Virus record (IMG/VR): IMGVR_UViG_3300042484_001556
Span: 2,123-66,122 of that record
Direction: 5' to 3' (one strand)
Source of the DNA: a virus
Lineage: Duplodnaviria > Caudoviricetes
Length of the DNA: 64,000 nucleotides
Made by a program: the position numbers and the translations under genes
In this document: positions 39,852-48,326 of the stretch, in pieces
Layout of the letters: every line of letters begins with the position of its first letter
Position numbering within the stretch: the first letter of the stretch is position 1
Notes under the pieces: generated by a model
Told to the model about the DNA's origin: nothing
The model's input: the letters and a program-made list of their open reading frames with translations, nothing else
Databases searched by the model: none

Positions 39852-40104
39852 GCTACTACTATCTTTATTATTTTTGACAGGGTGTTCTACTACTGTCCCA
39901 GTTGTAATGAAATTTCCTAACGCACCAGTAATTTTAACTGAACCATGCGCGGAATTGATCAAACTAAATGATGATGCAAAACTTAGCGACGTTGCAAAAA
40001 CAGTATCGGGTAACTATAATCTGTATCATGAATGTTCCATAAAAGTGGACGGGTGGATTGAATGGCATAAGTCACAAAAAGAAATATTTGAATCTGTAAA
40101 GTAA
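39844..40104 (+). CDS. Outer-membrane spanin lipoprotein (Rz1-like)
   Basis: Lipobox LTG-C, Pro-rich segment, PC..L and NY.LYHEC. Confidence 0.7.
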   Translation: MNKLLLSLLFLTGCSTTVPVVMKFPNAPVILTEPCAELIKLNDDAKLSDVAKTVSGNYNLYHECSIKVDGWIEWHKSQKEIFESVK

Positions 40105-40133
40105 GTAAACAAAAATAAAAATTGGAGTTATAC

Positions 40134-41930
40134 ATGGCAGAAAATGTCGTACATGGGATTAATGTCGATTATTCTAAGGATGCCCTTTTCGATGAATTGG
40201 GTATCAAAAGATTAAAAGAATCGTATATGAAAGATGATGAAATTTCACCTCAGGAAAGGTTCGCATATGTATCAAGCACTTTTGGATCTAATGCTGAACA
40301 TTCTCAGCGTCTCTATGATTATTGTTCTAAGCATTGGCTTAGTTTGTCTACTCCTATTCTCTCTTTTGGTCGTAGTAAGCGCGGCTTGCCTATTAGTTGT
40401 TTTCTACCCTATTTGGATGATTCAGCAGAAGGTCTTGTCAACACATTATCAGAAGTAAATTGGCTCAGTATGTTGGGTGGAGGAGTTGGAATTGGTCTTG
40501 GTATTCGGTCTGCCGATGATAAGTCTGTTGGTATTATGCCGCACCTTCGCACATATGACGCATCATCTTTAGCTTATCGTCAAGGTAGGACTCGCCGTGG
40601 TAGTTATGCCGCCTACCTTGATATTAGCCACCCCGATATTATAGCTTTTCTTGAAATGAGAAAACCTACCGGTGATCCTAATATGAGAACACAAAATTTA
40701 CACCATGGTATTAATATCACCGATGACTTTATGCACATACTAGAAAATAGTATGAAGGATAAAGATGCAAATGATGATTGGGAACTTAAAGATCCTGCAT
40801 CTAAAGAAGTTCGAGAAGTAGTTTCGGCTAAGGAATTATGGCAGCGTATTTTAGAAATGCGTATGATGACAGGTGAACCTTATCTCCACTTCATTGATAC
40901 TAGCAATAGGCACATGCCCGAATCTCAGAAGAAATTGGGATTGAGTATTAAGCAATCTAATTTGTGCAGTGAAATTATTTTACCTACTGATAAGCAACGA
41001 ACTGCTGTTTGCTGTTTGTCCTCATTAAATTTAGAATATTATGATCAATGGAAAAATGATAAGATATTCCTTCGAGATGTTGCAGAAATGCTTGATAACG
41101 TTCTTCAATATTTTATCGATAACGCACCCAATGCAATTAAACGAGCAAAGTATTCCGCAATGCGAGAAAGATCAATCGGCATCGGTGCACTAGGATGGCA
41201 TGCGTTTTTACAGAAAAATAATATCCCATGGGAATCATCCATGGCAGTTGGTAGAAACAAGCAAATCTTTAAAAATATTCGGACTAAATTAGATGCAGCT
41301 AATCTTGAATTGGGTAAAGAACGAGGTGAAGCTCCTGATGCAACTGGCACAGGTCAACGCTTTTCGCATCTTATGGCTATTGCACCTAATGCTTCTTCTT
41401 CTATTATTATGGGAAACACGTCTCCTAGCGTAGAACCATATAGAGCAAATGCATATAGACAAGATACACTCTCAGGATCAATGCTTAATAAGAATAAATT
41501 TTTAGATGCAATTGTTAGAAAAGAAGCAGAGACTCGTAAAGATGGCTGGTATGAAGAAGTTTGGTCTAGCATTATTGCAAATGATGGATCGGTTCAGCAT
41601 TTAGATTGGTTGGATGAGTGGAACAAAGATGTGTTTAAAACATCAATGGAAATAGATCAAAGATGGTTAATAGAACATGCTAGTGACAGACAAGTATATA
41701 TAGATCAGGCACAGTCTATTAATCTATTCTTTAGACCAGACGCAAATATATTATATCTACATGCTGTACATTTTATGGCATGGAAAATGGGTCTAAAGAC
41801 TTTATATTATTGCCGCTCAGAGAAGATAGGTAAAGCGGACAAAGTATCTAAGCGCATAGAGCGAGATGTAATTAAAGAGTTGGATATGAAAGCAATTCTC
41901 GACGGTGATACTTGTTTAGCATGCGAATAG
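40134..41930 (+). CDS. nrdA: Ribonucleotide reductase class I alpha subunit (short, no ATP cone)
   Basis: PISCF, QSNLCSEI, AIAPNASSS, DQAQS.N, KTLYY and C-terminal CLACE. Confidence 0.95.
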   Translation: MAENVVHGINVDYSKDALFDELGIKRLKESYMKDDEISPQERFAYVSSTFGSNAEHSQRLYDYCSKHWLSLSTPILSFGRSKRGLPISCFLPYLDDSAEGLVNTLSEVNWLSMLGGGVGIGLGIRSADDKSVGIMPHLRTYDASSLAYRQGRTRRGSYAAYLDISHPDIIAFLEMRKPTGDPNMRTQNLHHGINITDDFMHILENSMKDKDANDDWELKDPASKEVREVVSAKELWQRILEMRMMTGEPYLHFIDTSNRHMPESQKKLGLSIKQSNLCSEIILPTDKQRTAVCCLSSLNLEYYDQWKNDKIFLRDVAEMLDNVLQYFIDNAPNAIKRAKYSAMRERSIGIGALGWHAFLQKNNIPWESSMAVGRNKQIFKNIRTKLDAANLELGKERGEAPDATGTGQRFSHLMAIAPNASSSIIMGNTSPSVEPYRANAYRQDTLSGSMLNKNKFLDAIVRKEAETRKDGWYEEVWSSIIANDGSVQHLDWLDEWNKDVFKTSMEIDQRWLIEHASDRQVYIDQAQSINLFFRPDANILYLHAVHFMAWKMGLKTLYYCRSEKIGKADKVSKRIERDVIKELDMKAILDGDTCLACE

Positions 41931-41936
41931 ATTAAT

Positions 41937-42572
41937 ATGGGCAAGATTGCGATATTCCTACATCATCCTAAATGCTCAGTTCAGTCTAGTAATGGTATTA
42001 TAAATGCGTTATCTAAAGAATATACATTTAAAATATTTACAAAGCATGAAGTGGAACCTGGGTTTTTAGATGATGTGGATATTGTATGTTTTCCCGGAGG
42101 GATAGGAGATGCAGATAGCTTCGATAGTTTATTTAAGTTTAATCGCGATGCTATTCGTAAGTTTATTTCTCGCGGAGGAAGATATTTGGGAATCTGTATG
42201 GGTGCTTATTGGAGCGGCCCTGATTATTTTGATCTTGTCGGGAACATAAATGTAGTACAATATATAAGGCGACATAATACATGTACACGGCGACCGCATG
42301 CAAAACAAATGCCGGTAACATGGAAAGGTGAATCTCACAATATGTTCTTTTATGATGGGTGTACGTTTACCGGTAGTAATTACGAAACCGTCGCAACATA
42401 TCCAAATGGAGACCCAATGGCAATTATAAAAAATCGAATAGGATTAATAGGGTGCCATCCTGAAGCATCCAAGCATTGGTATGATTCTTATAGTTGGATG
42501 CAGAAGCGTTGGGAAAAAACAACAAATGAGCAATTGTTACTAGATTTCGTTAACGAATTAATGAAAAGATAA
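41937..42572 (+). CDS. Class I glutamine amidotransferase-like protein (BPL_N-like)
   Basis: FPGG, GGRYLGICMGAY (nucleophile Cys) and GCHPE. Confidence 0.75.
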   Translation: MGKIAIFLHHPKCSVQSSNGIINALSKEYTFKIFTKHEVEPGFLDDVDIVCFPGGIGDADSFDSLFKFNRDAIRKFISRGGRYLGICMGAYWSGPDYFDLVGNINVVQYIRRHNTCTRRPHAKQMPVTWKGESHNMFFYDGCTFTGSNYETVATYPNGDPMAIIKNRIGLIGCHPEASKHWYDSYSWMQKRWEKTTNEQLLLDFVNELMKR

Positions 42573-42573
42573 A

Positions 42574-42894
42574 ATGATAACAATTACAGATTCCGCAGTA
42601 TCAAAAATTAAAGCAATCATTGCAGAGGATAATGAAGATGCGATGCTTCGTATTTTTGTTGAGGGTGGTGGTTGTTCAGGATTTAAATATGGGTTCTCTT
42701 TAGAAAATGTACTTCAGGAAGATGATTTAAGTTTTGAAAAAGATGGAATAAGTATTATAGTGGATGCAATATCTATGCAATATCTGCAAGAAGCAGAAGT
42801 CGATTACAAACAAACATTAACGTCCGCAGAATTTATAATTAAAAATCCTAATGCAAAGGCATCGTGTGGATGCGGTTCAAGTTTTACGATATAA
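42574..42894 (+). CDS. erpA: A-type Fe-S cluster carrier (ErpA/IscA, HesB family)
   Basis: ITITDSA, LRIFVEGGGCSGFKY and NPNAKASCGCGSSF. Confidence 0.9.
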   Translation: MITITDSAVSKIKAIIAEDNEDAMLRIFVEGGGCSGFKYGFSLENVLQEDDLSFEKDGISIIVDAISMQYLQEAEVDYKQTLTSAEFIIKNPNAKASCGCGSSFTI

Positions 42895-42902
42895 GGGAAG
42901 AG

Positions 42903-43892
42903 ATGGCAAAACAAAATAGTAGAATAACTGATGATAGGAACTCATTCAAACCATTTAATTATCCATGGGCGTATGACGCCTGGCTTAAGCACGAGCAAAG
43001 CCACTGGCTGCATACTGAAGTACCTATGCTGGAAGATGTAAAAGATTGGAAGAAGAATTTAACAGAATCAGAAAAACAATTTTTAACTAACATTTTTAGA
43101 TTCTTTACTCAAGGTGATATAGATGTGGCTGGCGGGTATGTAAATAACTATCTACCGCATTTTCCTCAGCCAGAAGTTAGAATGATGTTATTAGGATTTT
43201 CTGCAAGAGAAGCATTACATATTGCAGCATATTCTCATTTAATTGAGACTTTAGGTATGCCGGAATCTACATATGGCGAGTTCTTAGAGTATACTGAGAT
43301 GAGAGAAAAGCACGAATACCTATTGGATCTTTCTTCTAAGAATGGTACAATAGAATCTACTGCTACTCACATTGCAGCATTTTCGGCATTTACAGAAGGC
43401 ATGCAATTGTTTAGCTCCTTCATTATGTTATTGAATTTTGCCAGACATGGTAAGATGAAAGGCATGGGGCAGATTATAACCTGGTCTATTGTGGATGAAA
43501 CTCAACATGCAGAGGGCATGGTTAAACTTTTCCGCACATACGTTGAAGAAAACAAGGAAATATGGAACGATGAGCTTAAAGGGAAAATTTACACGATTGC
43601 GGAGAAGATGGTTGATCTTGAGGATAAATTTATTTCTCTTGCTTTCAGAACTGGGGCGATCACAGGGTTAAGCGAAGAAGATGTCAAAGAATATATTCGC
43701 TACATTGCGGATCGACGTTTAATTAGTCTTGGTCTACGTGGTATTTTTAAACGTAAGAAGAATCCTTTACCTTGGGTTGAGGAAATGATTAATGCGCCGA
43801 CTCACACTAACTTCTTTGAAAACAGAGCAACCGATTATGCTAAAGGCGCATTAAGCGGAAATTGGAATGAGGTATGGGGTAAAGCTGCATGA
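42903..43892 (+). CDS. nrdB: Ribonucleotide reductase class I beta subunit
   Basis: FFTQGD, REALHIAAY, TEGMQLFSSF, DETQH and NFFENR. ATG at 42903. Confidence 0.95.
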   Translation: MAKQNSRITDDRNSFKPFNYPWAYDAWLKHEQSHWLHTEVPMLEDVKDWKKNLTESEKQFLTNIFRFFTQGDIDVAGGYVNNYLPHFPQPEVRMMLLGFSAREALHIAAYSHLIETLGMPESTYGEFLEYTEMREKHEYLLDLSSKNGTIESTATHIAAFSAFTEGMQLFSSFIMLLNFARHGKMKGMGQIITWSIVDETQHAEGMVKLFRTYVEENKEIWNDELKGKIYTIAEKMVDLEDKFISLAFRTGAITGLSEEDVKEYIRYIADRRLISLGLRGIFKRKKNPLPWVEEMINAPTHTNFFENRATDYAKGALSGNWNEVWGKAA

Positions 43893-44098
43893 AAACATTT
43901 AAAGATATTTCAGTAAAAAAATATCCAGACGGCGAATTGATATCTAAAAATTTGCCACCTGCGTATAAATTGGGAAATGCAAAAGAAAATTGTGAGAATT
44001 GTGAAGCATATAAAGCGGAAACAAAATATTGCAGTATATGGGATGCAAAGGTGAGACCTAACTATTGGTGCAAAAAATGGATACCGATCGAAAAGTAA
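43889..44098 (+). CDS. HiPIP-like 4-Cys small protein
   Basis: Y...NCENC..Y...YC..W...V.PNYWCKKW matches HiPIP Cys/aromatic spacing. Confidence 0.55.
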   Translation: MKTFKDISVKKYPDGELISKNLPPAYKLGNAKENCENCEAYKAETKYCSIWDAKVRPNYWCKKWIPIEK

Positions 44099-44259
44099 TA
44101 ACATTTGTTGAAAAGCGAAGAGCCATATGCAATAGCTGCGAACACCTTACATCTTTCGTAGGAGTTAAATCGTGTCAAGTATGTGGTTGCGCAATTTGGA
44201 CTAAGATTAGAATTAAAAGTACAAAGTGCCCCAAGGATAAATGGGGCGTTGAAGATTAA
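44077..44259 (+). CDS. Small Cys-rich protein
   Basis: R..IC..C...CQVCGC....K......CP..KW. Confidence 0.65.
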   Translation: MDTDRKVITFVEKRRAICNSCEHLTSFVGVKSCQVCGCAIWTKIRIKSTKCPKDKWGVED

Positions 44260-44280
44260 ATTATTTGAAAAGGAAATATT

Positions 44281-44571
44281 ATGTTAATTGATAAAGGTGT
44301 AACTGCTGGCGAAGTAATTACATTTAAGCTTACTTCAGGTGAAGAATTAGTAGCAAAATTAGTGGAGGAAACATCTACTCATTATAAATTGGCTAAACCT
44401 ATGGTTATCGGTATGGGACAACAAGGGCCAGGCTTAATGCCGTATTTGTTCACAGTGAAACAGGAGAAGGATGTTAAATTGTCTAAGCATGCTGTTACTG
44501 TAGCAGAACCTACTGATGAAATTTTTGCTAAGCAATTTCTTAAAACAACTACAGGAATTGCATTAGCATAA
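44281..44571 (+). CDS. Conserved phage hypothetical protein (possibly Sm-like fold)
   Basis: FKLTSGEELVAK...P...GLMPY...TTGI; RBS aagga. Confidence 0.6.
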   Translation: MLIDKGVTAGEVITFKLTSGEELVAKLVEETSTHYKLAKPMVIGMGQQGPGLMPYLFTVKQEKDVKLSKHAVTVAEPTDEIFAKQFLKTTTGIALA

Positions 44572-44577
44572 TTCACA

Positions 44578-45027
44578 ATGCCTAATAAAATTGATTATGC
44601 TCATATGAAGGTTGCGGAAACGTATGCTGAATTATCAAATGCGAAAAGATTGCAGGTTGGGTCTATTATAGTAAAAGATGATAAAGTAATTTCTATTGGC
44701 TATAACGGCACGCCCTCGGGTTGGGATAACAACTGCGAAAATGAAACTGTGGAACTATATTCAGATTACGAAGGCGCAATACATAGCACTATATTAAAAA
44801 CTAAACCCGAGGTTATACATGCAGAGATGAATGCTATAGGAAAGTTAGCAAAATCGGTATCCTCGGGTGAAGATGCTACTATGTATGTGACGCATGCTCC
44901 TTGTTTTGACTGTGCGAAACTTATACATATTGCAGGTATTAAAAAAGTATTTTATCGCAATGCATATAGAACAACTGATGGCATTGAGTTTTTAACTAAA
45001 TGTAAAATTGAAGTGGAGCAATTATGA
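44578..45027 (+). CDS. cd: dCMP deaminase
   Basis: IGYNGTP, HAEMNAI and THAPCFDCAK. Confidence 0.92.
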   Translation: MPNKIDYAHMKVAETYAELSNAKRLQVGSIIVKDDKVISIGYNGTPSGWDNNCENETVELYSDYEGAIHSTILKTKPEVIHAEMNAIGKLAKSVSSGEDATMYVTHAPCFDCAKLIHIAGIKKVFYRNAYRTTDGIEFLTKCKIEVEQL

Positions 45028-45515
45028 AAGATTTAACAGTAGGATTTACATGCTCATCCTTTGATCTTTTCCACGCAGGTCATGTTGTTATGCTTGAAGA
45101 AGCTAAACGACAATGCGATTACCTTATTGTAGGTATTCAAACAGATCCTACAATGGATAGAGATACAAAGAATAAGCCTGTTCAATCTATTATAGAAAGA
45201 CAGATACAAGTCAAAGCATGTAAATATGTAGATGAGGTTGTTATCTATAATACTGAAAAAGAACTAGAAGATATTCTTATGACTTTACCAATTAATGTTA
45301 GAATATTGGGTGAAGAATATAAGGATTTGGAATTTACGGGTAAAGATATTTGTTTAAAACGAAGTATCAAATTCTTTTACAATAAAAGAGATCATTACTT
45401 TAGTTCGACTGATCTTCGTAAAAGAGTATTTGAAACAGAAGTTAAGAAAAGGGGGTTAGTATGGCCAGAAAACAGCACCACGAATGCTTCGAATGTGACG
45501 CCGTCTTCAAAATAA
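45024..45515 (+). CDS. Cytidylyltransferase (TagD/glycerol-3-phosphate CT-like)
   Basis: FDLFHAGH (HxGH), YLIVG, YVDEV and RDHYFSST. Confidence 0.85.
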   Translation: MKDLTVGFTCSSFDLFHAGHVVMLEEAKRQCDYLIVGIQTDPTMDRDTKNKPVQSIIERQIQVKACKYVDEVVIYNTEKELEDILMTLPINVRILGEEYKDLEFTGKDICLKRSIKFFYNKRDHYFSSTDLRKRVFETEVKKRGLVWPENSTTNASNVTPSSK

Positions 45516-45634
45516 GTTATGATCTAGATGAAAATTACTATAAAGTAAAAAATTGTCCCTTCTGCGGCACCTCAATGGATGCCGAGGAAGAAGATCGATA
45601 TGAAGATAACGAGTATGACGAAGACGTGTCCTAA
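45461..45634 (+). CDS. 57-aa zinc-ribbon protein with acidic tail (absent from the ORF track)
   Basis: MARKQHHECFECDAVF...CPFCGTSMDAEEEDRYEDNEYDEDVS; aggggg RBS-like sequence upstream. Confidence 0.7.
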   Translation: MARKQHHECFECDAVFKISYDLDENYYKVKNCPFCGTSMDAEEEDRYEDNEYDEDVS

Positions 45635-45968
45635 GTGTAATACAACGCACAACAAACCCGGCAAATTTTGTAGCCGGGTTTGTGCCAACTCCCGGCAATG
45701 GACATCTGAGCAAAAACAGGTATTCTCACAAAAACAAAAAGAATATATGGCCACGGAAGAGTCCGAAGGTCACAGATATAAAAAATCTATACAAACCACC
45801 ATGCTACATAAAACGGGGCGCATGGGTTCTGGTTTAGCAACAGAACGGCTTGAAGATGTTATGACTGACCCCGATGATTATTTTTTAGTACCACCTAGAC
45901 AGGAAATAGATACGTTTGTTGAGGATGGCGATCTTTGGGAGGTCGTAGATGACTACAATAAATACTAA
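45615..45968 (+). CDS. Hypothetical protein with N-terminal Zn-binding motif
   Basis: CPKC...KFCSRVCANSR. Start at 45615 (or 45600) is more plausible than 45579. Confidence 0.6.
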   Translation: MTKTCPKCNTTHNKPGKFCSRVCANSRQWTSEQKQVFSQKQKEYMATEESEGHRYKKSIQTTMLHKTGRMGSGLATERLEDVMTDPDDYFLVPPRQEIDTFVEDGDLWEVVDDYNKY

Positions 45969-45986
45969 TTTAGAATTGGTATTTTT

Positions 45987-46394
45987 ATGTGGATATATGA
46001 TAATAACCCGTTAATAGATATTCCAGAAACAGCATATGGTTTTGTATACTTGATTACTAATATTACTAACGGTAAAAAATATATAGGAAAAAAATTGTTT
46101 TGGTTTCGTAAGACAAAACAAGTTAAAGGTAAAAAGAAACGTATTAAGGTTGAATCGGATTGGAGAGACTATTGGTCCTCATCTGACGAAGTCAAAAAAG
46201 ATGTAGAACTCTTTGGTGCGGATAAATTTATAAGAGAAATACTGCACATATGCCCCAATAAAGGGCTGTGCAATTATTTAGAAGCGCGCGAACAAATGGA
46301 TCGTCGAGTTCTTGAATCGGATTTATATTATAATGGCCAAATACAATGCAGAGTTCACAAAACTCACATAAAGAACCTTGCAAAAAATAAATGA
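45987..46394 (+). CDS. denA: GIY-YIG endonuclease, T4 endonuclease II (DenA)-like
   Basis: GFVYLITN...KKYIGKK...ESDW.DYWSSS...F.REIL...YYNG.I. Confidence 0.75.
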   Translation: MWIYDNNPLIDIPETAYGFVYLITNITNGKKYIGKKLFWFRKTKQVKGKKKRIKVESDWRDYWSSSDEVKKDVELFGADKFIREILHICPNKGLCNYLEAREQMDRRVLESDLYYNGQIQCRVHKTHIKNLAKNK

Positions 46395-47146
46395 TATTCG
46401 TCTCACTTTTATTGTTAACGGCATTAGCAATCTCAGGCATAGCGGGATATTTTTCAATCGTAGGATTGGCTCATATATTCTCTGCAAATGTACTACCTAT
46501 AGTTATTATGGGTTGCATACTTGAGGTTGGAAAGCTTGTTACTGCATCGTTTGTATATAGACAATGGAACAAAATTAATATATTGATGAAGACATATTTC
46601 GTCATTAGTATTATCATATTATCTATTATTACCTCCTTAGGTATTTTTGGTTATCTATCAAAATCATATACATCTGATTCTGCTGGAATATATGATAGTG
46701 AAACACAAATAACAACTACTAAAAATTTAATAGATATAGAACGTAAGCGGTTGGATAATCTATTAGATAGGCAATCTAAAAGAGAAACGTCGAATAAAAA
46801 ATTAGATGCAGAAATTCAGAATTCACAAAATAGAATTTCTACACTAACTAAGGATTTTGGCGAAATACAAAAAAACAAAAATAAACAGAATGCTGATATT
46901 GGCCCTATTCGATATATCTCTGAGCTAGTATATCAGAAAAATGATATGGAAACAATTGATCGAGCAGTTCGTCTTATTATTATGGCATTGATGTTTGTAT
47001 TTGACCCGTTAGCTATTTTATTAGTTATAGCTGCGAATATGCTTCTACATCAAAGAAAACATAAGATTCGTCCAAAATACTCAAAACATTCAATAGAAAT
47101 TGACAAAAGCTCGGTATTTAACATAGAAAATAAAGACTTCGGATAA
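46391..47146 (+). CDS. Membrane protein with central coiled coil
   Basis: Three N-terminal TM segments (LEVGKL, GIFGYLSK), a coiled coil, GPIRYI and FVFDPLA TM. Confidence 0.7.
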   Translation: MIFVSLLLLTALAISGIAGYFSIVGLAHIFSANVLPIVIMGCILEVGKLVTASFVYRQWNKINILMKTYFVISIIILSIITSLGIFGYLSKSYTSDSAGIYDSETQITTTKNLIDIERKRLDNLLDRQSKRETSNKKLDAEIQNSQNRISTLTKDFGEIQKNKNKQNADIGPIRYISELVYQKNDMETIDRAVRLIIMALMFVFDPLAILLVIAANMLLHQRKHKIRPKYSKHSIEIDKSSVFNIENKDFG

Positions 47147-47154
47147 TATAAATA
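47147..47154 (+). promoter_or_regulatory. T4-type late promoter TATAAATA
   Basis: Exact consensus heading the second fibre island. Confidence 0.75.
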
Positions 47155-47178
47155 TTGTGGTAAATTTAAAGGATTAAT

Positions 47179-47616
47179 ATGGCTTTAACTAAAATTAAAA
47201 GTAGCGGTATAGCTCCTGCTGCAATCACCGCAACTAATATAGCTCCTGCTGCAATCACCGCAAATAATATATCTACAGGTGCAGTAGCTGATTTGTTAAT
47301 TGCGGGCACATTTACAACGATTGAAGCAAATGGTAGAATTAGCTCTACCGTGTCCTCCGGTGACAAAATACTAGTTGAAGCAAATGGTAGAATTAGTTCG
47401 ACCGTGTCCTCCGGTGACAAAATACTAGTTGAAGCAAATGGTAGAATTAGTTCGACCGTGTCCTCCGGTGACAAAATACTAGTTGAAGCAAATGGTAGAA
47501 TTAGTTCGACCGTGTCCTCCGGTGACAAAATACTAGTTGAAGCAAATGGTAGAATTAGCTCTACCGCAACAGAATTAGATTTTAATCCGCTATCACTAAT
47601 GCTATCAGGAATGTAA
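47179..47616 (+). CDS. Short repeat-containing fibre/linker protein
   Basis: MALTKI start, 10-aa x2 and 18-aa x4.5 repeats, hydrophobic end FNPLSLMLSGM. Confidence 0.65.
   Translation: MALTKIKSSGIAPAAITATNIAPAAITANNISTGAVADLLIAGTFTTIEANGRISSTVSSGDKILVEANGRISSTVSSGDKILVEANGRISSTVSSGDKILVEANGRISSTVSSGDKILVEANGRISSTATELDFNPLSLMLSGM
47211..47270 (+). repeat. 30-bp tandem duplication
   Basis: agctcctgctgcaatcaccgcaa(c/a)taatat x2. Confidence 0.9.
47321..47566 (+). repeat. 54-bp coding tandem repeat, 4.5 copies
   Basis: Unit ttgaagcaaatggtagaattag(ctct/ttcg)accgtgtcctccggtgacaaaatactag encodes EANGRISSTVSSGDKILV. Confidence 0.95.
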
Positions 47617-47624
47617 GGAACAAT

Positions 47625-47954
47625 ATGGCAACTAAAATTAAAGTATTAGGGCAAGAAATACCATCGGCAGATACCGATACTACATTATATACGGTACCGG
47701 CGGCAAATAGCACAATTGCATCCACATTGCAAGTATGCAATCAAGCTAGTAGCGATGCAAAATTTCGTATTGCGGTTAGACCAGCGGGCGCAGCAATTGC
47801 AACAAAACATTATCTATTATATGATACGGTAATACCGGCCAATGACGGTATTTCGTTGACATTGGGGTTAACATTAGCTGCAACAGATGTTGTTACGGTA
47901 CGTGCAAATACAGCTAGTGTAAGTTTTAATATATTCGGTTCTGAAATATATTAA
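47625..47954 (+). CDS. ~110-aa fibre adaptor-like protein (copy 4)
   Basis: Close paralog of 27135 (KVLGQ, TLYTVPAA, VCNQ, FRIA.RP, SFN.FGSEI). Confidence 0.65.
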   Translation: MATKIKVLGQEIPSADTDTTLYTVPAANSTIASTLQVCNQASSDAKFRIAVRPAGAAIATKHYLLYDTVIPANDGISLTLGLTLAATDVVTVRANTASVSFNIFGSEIY

Positions 47955-47978
47955 AATTACAAAAATACTATTTTCTAA

Positions 47979-48299
47979 ATGACTACTAAGATAACTCGTA
48001 ACAACATAAATGATACCGCGTATTACGATATAGCCGGACCCGAATTTACTTCATTAGTGTATCCAGGAGTACAAACTTCTACGAACACTGCAGGTGGCGA
48101 CACAATCACTGTTAATGGGCAAGGGTTTAAATCTGGTCTAAGTGTTGTTGCAAATAGTAAAATTGCAAGTGTAGTTACATTTATAAATTCTTCGCAAATT
48201 ACTTTTACTGCACCGGCGAATCCTGCAGGCACTTATATCTTGTTTATTACGAATCCAAACGGAAGTTTTGCTGTTGCCCCTGGATTTAGTTATAGTTAA
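47979..48299 (+). CDS. Stand-alone IPT/TIG-like domain protein
   Basis: GGDTITVNGQGF..G..V...ITFTAPA.PAG.Y....TNP.G; paralog of the N-terminus of 48327. Confidence 0.65.
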   Translation: MTTKITRNNINDTAYYDIAGPEFTSLVYPGVQTSTNTAGGDTITVNGQGFKSGLSVVANSKIASVVTFINSSQITFTAPANPAGTYILFITNPNGSFAVAPGFSYS

Positions 48300-48326
48300 A
48301 TAATTTACTTTAAAGAATGTTGTAAA

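Noticed and set aside
38678-43892. Introns or inteins in thyX, nrdA or nrdB
   Set aside because: All three are continuous and of compact length with motifs in order.
45987-46394. Mobile homing endonuclease
   Set aside because: Short catalytic-domain-only protein with DenA-like motifs and no C-terminal DNA-binding repeats; better read as a host-DNA degradation nuclease.
47321-47566. CRISPR array
   Set aside because: Contiguous in-frame 54-bp units with no unique spacers and no cas genes.
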